A stretch of 52,444 bases of DNA from a virus (Duplodnaviria > Caudoviricetes). A program made the position numbers and the translations under genes. The notes under the pieces are model-generated. The model worked only from the letters and a program-made list of their open reading frames with translations. It made no database searches and was not told the origin of the DNA. The DNA lies in IMG/VR virus record IMGVR_UViG_3300036860_000446, positions 1-52,444 of that record. One strand, written 5' to 3'. Positions 25,486 to 34,073 of this stretch are shown piece by piece. Position 1 is the stretch's first letter. The number at the start of each line of letters is the position of its first letter.

Positions 25486-25806
25486 ATGAGCAAGTTTCAG
25501 CCGGTTCCGCGAGCGATGTACCCGATGATCAACAATCTCACGGGAGGGAAGGTGCCGGTCAGGGTTATCTCCCGCACGGTGCGGCAGGCGTCGCATCACA
25601 ATGGCCGGAAGTCAACAGCGATCGGGACGCAGCTGTATCTGACAGAGGGGATCAGCGAGAGGCTCGGGAAGGCGGTCAAGGCGCTTGGAACGACGAAGCA
25701 GGCGGCGGTCGCGGGGATCGTCCATGCAATGTTGCCGAAGCTGGAGCAGCTGGCGTCGGCAGTCGAGAAGCCGATCAAGAAGCTCTGCCCGACCTGCAAG
25801 CAGTAG
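25486..25806 (+). CDS. Hypothetical, possibly RHH-like DNA-binding protein
   Basis: TQLYLTEGISERLGKAVKALGTTKQAAV; C-terminal CPTC. Confidence 0.55.
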   Translation: MSKFQPVPRAMYPMINNLTGGKVPVRVISRTVRQASHHNGRKSTAIGTQLYLTEGISERLGKAVKALGTTKQAAVAGIVHAMLPKLEQLASAVEKPIKKLCPTCKQ

Positions 25807-25821
25807 CGGAAAGGAGAAACG

Positions 25822-26586
25822 TTGAGTTTAGCAATTCGCCCCCTCCAGGATAGTCCGAGTCCGCATCTGAGTGTGCTACTGGTATCTCCTGGAGGGTATG
25901 GGAAAACGACCTCTCTTATCACGGCGCCGAAGCCCCTCCTTATAGGGGACGTGGATGGGGGTTTTGAGTCGCTGTTCAAGGAGGGTCTAATAAGGCCGGA
26001 GCAGAGGGAAAAGATCGACCTGGCTCCGATCAGGAGTTACGGGGATGCGCTCGAGTTTGCAACCTCGGCGTGGAAGGGGTATGCCACGATCGGGTTCGAC
26101 AGTTTCAGCTGGTTCATGAGCAATATCATCAAGCCGGAATGTTTGGCGATGAGCAACCATGAACTGATGGAACAGAGGGATTGGGGCCTTTACTTTGAAA
26201 GAGGGCTCTCGATCGTCAGGAAGTTGCACGAGTTGGCGATGTCGGAAAACGGGTGTCATGTCATTGTGACGAGTCACGAGGCGGATAAGGGAGGGAATGA
26301 GGGAGAAATTGGGAAGATCGGACCGGCGGTTAGTGGGCAACTGTTTGATATCCTGCCGGGGATATTCAACTTCGTTTTCTTCCTTCGTGTCATTCATGCC
26401 GGGATAGACCGGTCGGGGAGGGTACCGAAGCCGATTTTAGAGAGAAAGTTTCTGACGGAAGCTGACGGGAGGACACCAGCGAAGGCGAGGCGGACCCTGT
26501 TGCCGATGGAGAAGCCGGATTTCTCCGCGATCTGGGAGAAGGTAAAACCGCAGGCAACGCTCGAGCGGGTGTTCAAGGAGGGGTAA
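25822..26586 (+). CDS. Sak4-like (AAA_24) ATPase/annealase
   Basis: Walker A PGGYGKTT, TIGFDSFS, RDWG, VIVTSHE, GPAVSGQ. Confidence 0.85.
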   Translation: MSLAIRPLQDSPSPHLSVLLVSPGGYGKTTSLITAPKPLLIGDVDGGFESLFKEGLIRPEQREKIDLAPIRSYGDALEFATSAWKGYATIGFDSFSWFMSNIIKPECLAMSNHELMEQRDWGLYFERGLSIVRKLHELAMSENGCHVIVTSHEADKGGNEGEIGKIGPAVSGQLFDILPGIFNFVFFLRVIHAGIDRSGRVPKPILERKFLTEADGRTPAKARRTLLPMEKPDFSAIWEKVKPQATLERVFKEG

Positions 26587-26587
26587 C

Positions 26588-26851
26588 ATGGGGTGTGGAT
26601 GTCAGGGTGAGAAGGAAGATGACGTTTCGGCTGTTGCAACAAGACAGGCACTCCTGGAGATCATCGAGGAGTGGATAGCAAGGTCAGACGACGGCAAGAA
26701 GTGGCTCTCCGAGATGGCTGCCAAAGTCGGGGTACCGCTACAGATTGCTTTACCGCTGAAAGGTTCAACAGAGAGCGCCGCTGGCGCAGAGGAGAATCAT
26801 GAAGATCGCCGTGAACTTGAAGGACGTAGCTGCTGCGGACCTGGTTCCTGA
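26588..26851 (+). CDS. Hypothetical protein
   Basis: 87 aa; GGAGGGG RBS. Confidence 0.5.
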   Translation: MGCGCQGEKEDDVSAVATRQALLEIIEEWIARSDDGKKWLSEMAAKVGVPLQIALPLKGSTESAAGAEENHEDRRELEGRSCCGPGS

Positions 26852-27275
26852 GGGGTCGCGAAGGGCCAGGATTGCGCGGGCGGAGCTGTACCCGAAGGAT
26901 GCAAATATCGACCCCACGAATTGCGAGATCGTGGGAAAGGTCGATAAGAACGGAAACCAGGCGTATGCGTGGATCAGGGTCGGGTTTGTTCTCGAAGAGC
27001 ACCCAACGAACTATGGGGTGAGCCCGTCCGGGAAGACGATCAGTTACGCTGGTCGATGGGTGTGGTCGAATTTCTTCCTGTATCCGGATCGGATGGTGCC
27101 GGTTTATGAGTTGTTTCAGAACTCAGGAGCGACGTTCGACAAGGATGGGTTTGATGTGGCGGAGCTCGTTGGGAAGACGGTTGATGCGGTTGTCGCGCAC
27201 AAGCCGAGACAGGATGACCCGGAAACGAAGGAGGCATACGTGAAGAGGGTCAGGATTGCGGTTGATAGGGGGTAA
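26799..27275 (+). CDS. DUF669-like ssDNA-binding protein
   Basis: VPEG..RARI, YAGRWVWSNF, LVGKTVDAVV; the usual partner of Sak4. Confidence 0.7.
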   Translation: MKIAVNLKDVAAADLVPEGSRRARIARAELYPKDANIDPTNCEIVGKVDKNGNQAYAWIRVGFVLEEHPTNYGVSPSGKTISYAGRWVWSNFFLYPDRMVPVYELFQNSGATFDKDGFDVAELVGKTVDAVVAHKPRQDDPETKEAYVKRVRIAVDRG

Positions 27276-27720
27276 CTGAAGAGGTCGCTAAGGGCTCTGA
27301 AGGTTAGCGCCACCTGATCAGGTGGCGACTATGGGACGGAGCCTGCCCTTCCCCGGCTCACCCCCGCCGGGCGACGAACGGGGTAGTCACGGAAGCCGAA
27401 AACCCGGGTTGAGCCTTTGGCCTCCGGCTGTGCTGCCAGCGCGTTATCCCGTGCCTGGCGTGACGAGAGACGGGGTGGAGATAGACAGCACCACACGGAC
27501 AAGGCTTTGGCCGGTAAGCATGGTGGCTATCGAACAGTCGGTCCCAGTAGCAGAGACGCCGACGACCAGCAAAATCTGGGTGGGTAGCGAGTGGTGATGG
27601 TGCTGTCCTCAAGGCGTCGCTTGGCGCTCGCTTTTTCAAACCAACCGCGAAAACCGGCTGGTAGCTAACTGTGACCGTAAAGCCCCGCTGCGGTGCGACA
27701 AAATGCGGGGCATTGCTCTC
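27276..27720 (+). ncRNA. Candidate ~440-nt structured non-coding RNA
   Basis: Gap without a credible gene, containing a 20-bp palindrome and several long-range complementary segments. Confidence 0.4.
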
Positions 27721-27739
27721 ATATAAAGGAGGTGCTAAG

Positions 27740-27976
27740 GTGGGGAAGATCGTGGTGGTGGCGGAGAGGTTGGAAAGAAACGAAAGGCCACATCAGCCAG
27801 GGAGCTGGATGCTATTGACCCCGAGGGGGAGGGGAAGGAGCAGGCGGCAGGAGATTTGCGGGCAAGGGATCTTCAACTTGATGGGGATCAAGAAGCCGGG
27901 CACGTATACGATTGAGTGTCGGGTCAAGAGGGGACGCTTGTCGTCATCACCCAGATCGTCATCGGAAACTACCTGA
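27740..27976 (+). CDS. Hypothetical protein
   Basis: AAAGGAGGT RBS + GTG; 78 aa. Confidence 0.6.
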   Translation: MGKIVVVAERLERNERPHQPGSWMLLTPRGRGRSRRQEICGQGIFNLMGIKKPGTYTIECRVKRGRLSSSPRSSSETT

Positions 27977-28123
27977 CGGCCTGGTTGGTGTTCGCGGCGT
28001 CGCTGGCATGGTGGTGTACAGGTCGGTGTAGCATAGATAAGACCTAGCCGTACTTTTTGACCCCCCACCCCCGGTGGGCGGGGAACGGGTTGAGGTTAAC
28101 GATCGTCAAAATGGGGAACTGCG

Positions 28124-29197
28124 ATGTACCTGGGGCACGACGCGGAACTCGCGGTTTTGAATCAGAACGGGGAGGGGGTCTCGGCGCATGCGTTCTATCC
28201 GCCGAAGGAAAGTCCGCAGTACACGGGGTACTATTCGGAACAGCAGCAGTGGCATCGGGACTCGTTCTTCAGGGATGGAACCAGTCTCGAACTGAACACC
28301 CCGGGCGGGATCAGTTGCTTCGCTGGGCTGATGAGCGTAACGATCCTCACGATGCAGCAGGCGGAAAAGAGGCTGCCGGAGGGGTACAAGTTGGAACCGG
28401 TCAGCAGCTATGAGGTCGTGGATGACCTCAGCAGGGCGCCGGAGGATGTGGTCAGGACGGGGTGCGGGCCAGTTAGGAACGCGTATGAGGGGTGGGAGGA
28501 GAAGGGGGCGTGGGTGGATCCGTTAGCGAAGAAGAGATTTGCGGGGGGTCATATCCACGTGTCGGCGATGAGAGGGGATCCGCTTACCACCATGCTCGCG
28601 GATGAGGAGAGGCGGAAGAGGACGTGCTCGTTCGTTGTCCGGTATTTGGATCTGTTTTGTGCGGTCCCGTGGGTCTATCTGGGGGTAGAGGGGGTCAAGG
28701 GGATCGAACGGAGAACGGTGTTCGGGAAGGCGGGGGAGTACAGGTTCCAGAGGTACAAGGTTCCAGCTGGGCACGAACCGGGGATTGGAATCGAGTACAG
28801 GGTGCTGGGGCCGGAGTGGCTCAAGGATATCGGGCTGGCGGCGCTCGCTTTCAACCTGGTCAGGGGGGTCACCAGGGTGGCAACAAACAGGTTGGTGGAG
28901 CGGGAGAGGAAAAAGGCGAAGCTGGTCAGGTGGTCGTCGATGGTTCTAGAAGCGAGAGAAGCAATCAACAAGGGGGATACAAAGGAAATTTTCGAATCGC
29001 CGACGTATCAAAGGAGGCTGGAAAGGGTGCTCAGGCAGGTGCATTCGTATGATCCGAGCAGGTTTCAGATCCGGCACCTGACGTTCATCAGGAACAACGC
29101 GGAAAGGTTGTTCGCAAGGGTGCCGGGGATCTCTAAGTGGGTTGGGTCAACGTCGAACAACTGGCCGGAATGCTTAGAGAGATGGGGGTTTGTATGA
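28124..29197 (+). CDS. phiEco32-like COOH-NH2 ligase type 2
   Basis: LGHDAEL, RDGTSLELN, GCGP..NAY, RFAGGHIHVS, RRTVFGKAGEYR, GIEYRVL. Confidence 0.88.
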   Translation: MYLGHDAELAVLNQNGEGVSAHAFYPPKESPQYTGYYSEQQQWHRDSFFRDGTSLELNTPGGISCFAGLMSVTILTMQQAEKRLPEGYKLEPVSSYEVVDDLSRAPEDVVRTGCGPVRNAYEGWEEKGAWVDPLAKKRFAGGHIHVSAMRGDPLTTMLADEERRKRTCSFVVRYLDLFCAVPWVYLGVEGVKGIERRTVFGKAGEYRFQRYKVPAGHEPGIGIEYRVLGPEWLKDIGLAALAFNLVRGVTRVATNRLVERERKKAKLVRWSSMVLEAREAINKGDTKEIFESPTYQRRLERVLRQVHSYDPSRFQIRHLTFIRNNAERLFARVPGISKWVGSTSNNWPECLERWGFV

Positions 29198-30515
29198 GGA
29201 AGGCGCTGGCCGACGTTGATAAATCGTGCCCGTACTTTAGCGAGAAAGATCACGGTGACACGAACAGCATGATTCGCACGCCCACCTGCAAGGCATGGCC
29301 CGGCCACTCCACGGCGCGCGTGCGCGAGGTCCGCAAAGGAGGCGCAGCGTGAGCAGCAAGCCGATGGAGACGAGCGCGGCCCGACCTATAGCAACACGGT
29401 GGCGGCGTCTGGTTTGTTGGCTCGTCGGCTGCGAATGCCACGGGGGGCGATGGCGCGAGCATTCCTGCTGGTGCGTCAGATGCTGGAGGAACATGTGATT
29501 AGTAAGCCGATGGATGCTGAGAAGGCGCTGGCCGATCTCAAGACCCTGCTGTGCCCACGCTACCCGAAGGACTGCAACACAGAACAGTGTACCAAGCGAT
29601 TCGCTGCCGTGGACACTCTCGCCCGGGCGGCGTTCGAGGAAGCGGATGCAACATGGCCTGAACGTCACGATAGCCGAAACCCGAAGCCACCGCCGAAGTG
29701 GCTCACGGAGACAAGTCGATGAGCGAGACAAAGAAGCCTGTGACAGTGATTATGTGCGGTGCCAGCGACCTCCACCCATACGAGTGCGGAGGCGGCTGCA
29801 TCCACTGTGAGCGCACCGTGTCCGAGCGCCACAAGCCGGACTGTTGCTGGCTCTGCCAGAACGGCCCGCCGGTGTGCGAATACGCTGAGTGCCACCCGGA
29901 GCGAGCATGAGCGAGACGAAGCCCGACCGCTGCCCGACATGTAACAGTGACCGTGTGTGGGCGCGTCGAGCCCCGTGGTGTACGTGGCCTGACGATAAGA
30001 ACGGCGGTGAGCACGACAAGTGGCATGACATTCCGACTGAGCCCGACGCCCCGAAGCCCGAGACGCAGGCCGAGAGGCTGAGGCGGGAGGCGCATCAGAC
30101 GTGTCCATGCGATTGCAGTGGGGCCTACCGTGACGGCTACTGCATTGACGAAACCGACGACACGCCGCGATACCTCTGGCCTGCCCACGCAGCCATCGAC
30201 GCCCTCGCCGACGCGCTCGCGGAGAAGGAGGCCACGATCGAGCTACTTGAGGGCGAAGTCAAGGCCGCCGAGACGCTCTCTGGAATGGATAACGTGATCG
30301 CACAGTTCGAGTCTCAGTTGAAGGTTGAGCGCGAGGAAAACGCCTCCCTCCTCAAGCGGGCCGAGGCGGCGGAACGGGACGGGCGACGCGCCGGTATCGG
30401 CATCGCGCTCGCTGTCATCGGGATGTCGCACGAGTCGTTCCGCTACCTAATGAAAGAGGGCCAGCGGCCAAGCAGCGAGAGGTACGAAGACATCTTCCCC
30501 GATGTGCAGCCATGA
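29194..30515 (+). CDS. Chain of five coupled Cys-rich genes (29194-29352, 29349-29498, 29495-29722, 29719-29910, 29907-30515)
   Basis: Each overlaps the next by ATGA/GTGA; CxxC or CxC motifs; the last ends in a coiled coil. Confidence 0.55.
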
Positions 30516-30543
30516 GGTGGGTGCCGCCCTGGAGGCGGGGGAG

Positions 30544-30990
30544 ATGAGCCGCCAGACGACGCCGCTGCGGCTGCCGCCTGATGTTGCACAGGAGGTCCCA
30601 AGCAGCACACACGAGCTCGTGCTGAGGCTGGTTGTGCCGGGGGAGCCGGTCGCCAAGGGGCGGCCACGGTTCACGCGCAAGGGGGGTGTCTACACGCCCA
30701 CTAGAACCAGGCAGGCCGAGGATGTTATCAGGGGGATGGTGATTGCCGTGACGCCGCCGGCAGATCGATCGTCGCGCCGCCTCGAAACCGGCCCACTGGT
30801 CCTCACCTGCCGCTTCTACCGCGCCACCGGCAGAACAGCCGACACCGACAACCTCGTCAAGCTCGTCAAGGACGCCCTCAACGGCATCGTCTGGCAGGAC
30901 GACCGCCAAGTCGTCCAGCTCCACGCCGCACGCTTCGACAGGCAGCCCAACCCGCGCACCGAAATCGCCGTGTATCGAATGGTGACGTGA
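30544..30990 (+). CDS. rusA: RusA-family Holliday junction resolvase
   Basis: VPGEPVAKGRPRF, YTP..T, ADTDNLVKLVKDALNGIVWQDDRQV. Confidence 0.92.
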   Translation: MSRQTTPLRLPPDVAQEVPSSTHELVLRLVVPGEPVAKGRPRFTRKGGVYTPTRTRQAEDVIRGMVIAVTPPADRSSRRLETGPLVLTCRFYRATGRTADTDNLVKLVKDALNGIVWQDDRQVVQLHAARFDRQPNPRTEIAVYRMVT

Positions 30991-31304
30991 AAAGGGCGGC
31001 TCACGCGCCGGTCGCATACGCGCGAACCACGGTCATGCATATTGACAAACGGGCCAGACAGGTAGAGGATCTATCCGTGAGCAGAAAACGTCGGCGGGTA
31101 TGGTCCATCGGCGGTGTTTTTCCGCCGCGCGACTTCCCTGCTTATGTCGTAGGCCAAGGCTCCAAAGCAGTCCACAGGCAACGCTACCAGGCAGCTCGCA
31201 GTACCAGGAACCCAAGCGCTGAACCGGACAACTCCCGGAAAGGACCGCCCCTACAACCTGAAAGGGGCCTCCCGAGACCCGGGGAGACGAAACCCGTCGC
31301 TTGA
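30987..31304 (+). CDS. Hypothetical basic protein (start uncertain)
   Basis: GTGA-coupled to rusA; alternative GTG near 31077. Confidence 0.35.
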   Translation: MKRAAHAPVAYARTTVMHIDKRARQVEDLSVSRKRRRVWSIGGVFPPRDFPAYVVGQGSKAVHRQRYQAARSTRNPSAEPDNSRKGPPLQPERGLPRPGETKPVA

Positions 31305-31461
31305 AATCCGGGCGGGCCTGTGTCGCAAGGCCCCCGAAAGTCCCTGGTCACGCAGAGCGAACAACCCCAAAGAACCCCAGGACGCATGGGGGGTAGGGGG
31401 GCTCTGAAAGACGAGCCCCACCTACATCGGCGCGGCAGTACCACTGTGATAGAATCCAGCC

Positions 31462-31755
31462 ATGGAGATCTACGACTCCAACCGCCAGCCTCCAGTGAAT
31501 CCTGCAGCCACACACCGCTGCCTCTTCCTCAACGACAAGCTCATCGGCTCATGGCCTCTCGATATCGGATTCATCATGCGCATAGAACCGCAGAGCCCAC
31601 CAACCACAGCAACGATCACGCAGAGATACCGAGGCCGATTGACAGCACCTGCCGATGCTTACCTACCGGTCGGTAGGTTAAAAAGCCCCCCGAGCGATGA
31701 CGATCCTGCCCAGGATCGCCCTGCATCCACAAGCGAGCCTGATTCCATACCATAG
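31462..31755 (+). CDS. Hypothetical protein
   Basis: 97-aa ORF with plausible composition. Confidence 0.45.
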   Translation: MEIYDSNRQPPVNPAATHRCLFLNDKLIGSWPLDIGFIMRIEPQSPPTTATITQRYRGRLTAPADAYLPVGRLKSPPSDDDPAQDRPASTSEPDSIP

Positions 31756-31902
31756 CGCCAGCGTCCGGTAATATATGATATGTAGTCCTGCGTTACCTGT
31801 TGAGCCGCACGCACTTACGCATTCGCATGCCTGCCGCTGTATCACGCTGACCTGACGCCACTTGCGCCGATTTAATGGCGTCTGCTCATAGAGAGCAGCC
31901 AC

Positions 31903-31932
31903 TTGACACGCGCCTATGGGCAGCGGTAGAGT
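31903..31932 (+). promoter_or_regulatory. Sigma70-like promoter upstream of terS B
   Basis: TTGACA-N18-TAGAGT, the same boxes as 10988-11017. Confidence 0.55.
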
Positions 31933-32064
31933 AGTCTACGTGGAACCGGAATACCGCCTACCCTCCCCAGCCAACGAATTCAGCCTTGGTCTGACCCCCG
32001 TGAAAATTCGCGCAGAATTACGACCTATTTCTCTGCATGTCTTGTCCCACAAGGGGTTCTGCGC

Positions 32065-32601
32065 ATGGGCAAGGTAGCCAAGGATTTTGAGGCTTTCGAT
32101 TTGCCGCGTGGTCGCATGCCGAAGATCCTGCAGCCGAACGTTACGCAGGAGCAGGAGGAGCGGGAGCGGAAGGCCATTATGGGTAACGTGAAGTGGCCGG
32201 AGAAGGTAACGGGGGATCGGAAGAAAGACGCGGAGTGGCTGACGCCGCGGCAGCGGGCCTGGGTGGAACTGGTATCAGACTACCGCGGGACGTTGGCGGA
32301 GTGTGCGCGGGTGGCGGGGTATTCCAGGCCGAACGACGTAGTGAACTACCTGCTGCGGAATCCGTATGTGGTGCGCGGGGTGTTGAGGCGGTATCACAAG
32401 CGGATGATGAAGCTGCATGCGGCGTTCAAGCCGTTGCCGAGCGTGGTGATGGACGTGGAGCGGCCACGGAAGCAGTTGTTCATCCCGGTGGGCGGGCTGG
32501 CGGCAAAGGTGGTTCGGGAGATGCAGACTGGGCAGGTGCGCGCCGCTGGAGGTGGTCATGGGGCGGGGTCGGCGGATTCGATCTTGGGGGAGAAATCCTG
32601 A
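32065..32601 (+). CDS. terS: Terminase small subunit B
   Basis: LTPRQRAWV...ECARVAGYS...LLRNPYV is a TerS HTH signature. Confidence 0.75.
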   Translation: MGKVAKDFEAFDLPRGRMPKILQPNVTQEQEERERKAIMGNVKWPEKVTGDRKKDAEWLTPRQRAWVELVSDYRGTLAECARVAGYSRPNDVVNYLLRNPYVVRGVLRRYHKRMMKLHAAFKPLPSVVMDVERPRKQLFIPVGGLAAKVVREMQTGQVRAAGGGHGAGSADSILGEKS

Positions 32602-34073
32602 TGTGCCTCTGCGGCTTCTTTAAGTGGTGCGACCTGTGCCGTCCAAGCGGTGAGCCTGGACGGTCTGATCTGAAGGAGTACGGTCGGTCCATGACCTTCG
32701 CGCCGGAAGAGATGCGCTACGTCGCGGAAGCGTTCGCTGCGGGTCCTCCTGCGCGTGCCGCCTACCGGAAGCACAAGGCCGAGATGGACGAACAGTACCG
32801 GGTGAAGCCGTGAATGCCACACGGCGGTCCTGGTTGAAGGCGGCCCCGTTCGGGTTGGTGGCGTTTCTTGCCCCGAAGGCGTTGACTGGGGCGACGGGCG
32901 GCTGCCCGAAATGCGGCGGGGAATGGACGCGGCCGGACTGGCGGCGTGGGTCGTTCGGGGCGGGCCTTGAGGAGGACCAGAGACCGTGTACGTTCCACAT
33001 TCGGCGGGGCGGCGTTGAGGCGTGCCTGCGGATGTGCGTAGCGTGCCGGTACTGTGAGTTCGGGCCGTGCCTGGAGTCTGGACGTCCGACCAAGGCCGTG
33101 GCGGCGTACTACGCGGAGCCCTGGCCGCAGATGCGGCGGGAAGTCCGATGAACGACCGCGGCTCGATTGCCTGGAAGATCGGCCCGAAGCGCGACGTGGA
33201 CGGGAACTGCATCAGCAAGGGTCTGTGGGGGCATCCGTGCCTGCGGGAGAAGGAACACGACGGGATGTGCTGCATGATTCTCGACCCGGAGCGCGTCGTC
33301 ACGATTCTGTCGGATTCTCCCGATGAAGCCTGACCTTCGTGTGCTATGCCCAGAGTGCAAAGCGACTGGTCTGAAGTCGCGCGTGAATCCCGGCATGGCG
33401 ATGGAGACGTGTATGGGCGTCGATTCCTACTACGATGAGGAAGGCCGCTACCACCGACACGATCCGAATATAACGACTCAGGGCTTCGTATGCTCCAACG
33501 GACACTCCTGGTATACGAAGACTCCGAGTGTATGCTGGTGCGGTAAAGCCGGGTACTCTCCGCCGACCCCTACTGTTCTCAGCGTCGATTCCCGATGAAG
33601 CCTGACGAGCGCGCCCACGCATCGACCTGCCCGACGTTCTCGGTAATCCCCGGGCTCCCGTGTGCCTGCGCTCATTCCAAGATCACAGCCGAGACGATCC
33701 GCGCCTACGTCGAGAGGTTTAAGGCTGTCAGTGCGCCAGAAATAATCTGCTCAGAGTGTGGCAAGAAGTTTCTCTCTATTATGCGAGGCGCCGGCCCATT
33801 CCTGAACGGACCACCAATCACCAATTGCGCCGCACACGAATATCCGTGAGCGCCCCCATCAAGACCTGCCGCTGCCCGGGCATTATTAAGGCCTGCCGTC
33901 CGCGTCTTCGTAGGTGTCGTTGTCCTCAATTCCTCCCGGGGCTCATCGTGTCGCATGTTCTGTGCGTACGGTGTAAGCCCATCAAGGAAATGCTGCTCAA
34001 CGCGCTCCTGTACGGTTCGGGCGTCACCGCAATCGAGCGAGAGCCGCCCCGCCCGCGTCTCGTCTCGAAGTGA
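32601..34073 (+). CDS. Six coupled small Cys-rich genes (32601-32813, 32810-33151, 33148-33333, 33323-33598, 33595-33849, 33846-34073)
   Basis: Continuous overlaps between terS and terL; multiple CxxC; 32810 begins with a twin-arginine-like TRRSWLK plus hydrophobic stretch. Confidence 0.55.

Noticed and set aside
10663-28047. TAAGACCTAG at 10663, 15220 and 28038
   Set aside because: A 10-mer occurring three times can arise by chance in 52 kb, and the contexts are inconsistent
15281-31920. CGCGCCTATGGG near both module starts
   Set aside because: A single 12-mer pair in GC-rich DNA, in the same orientation although the modules are opposite; too weak to call a shared pac signal
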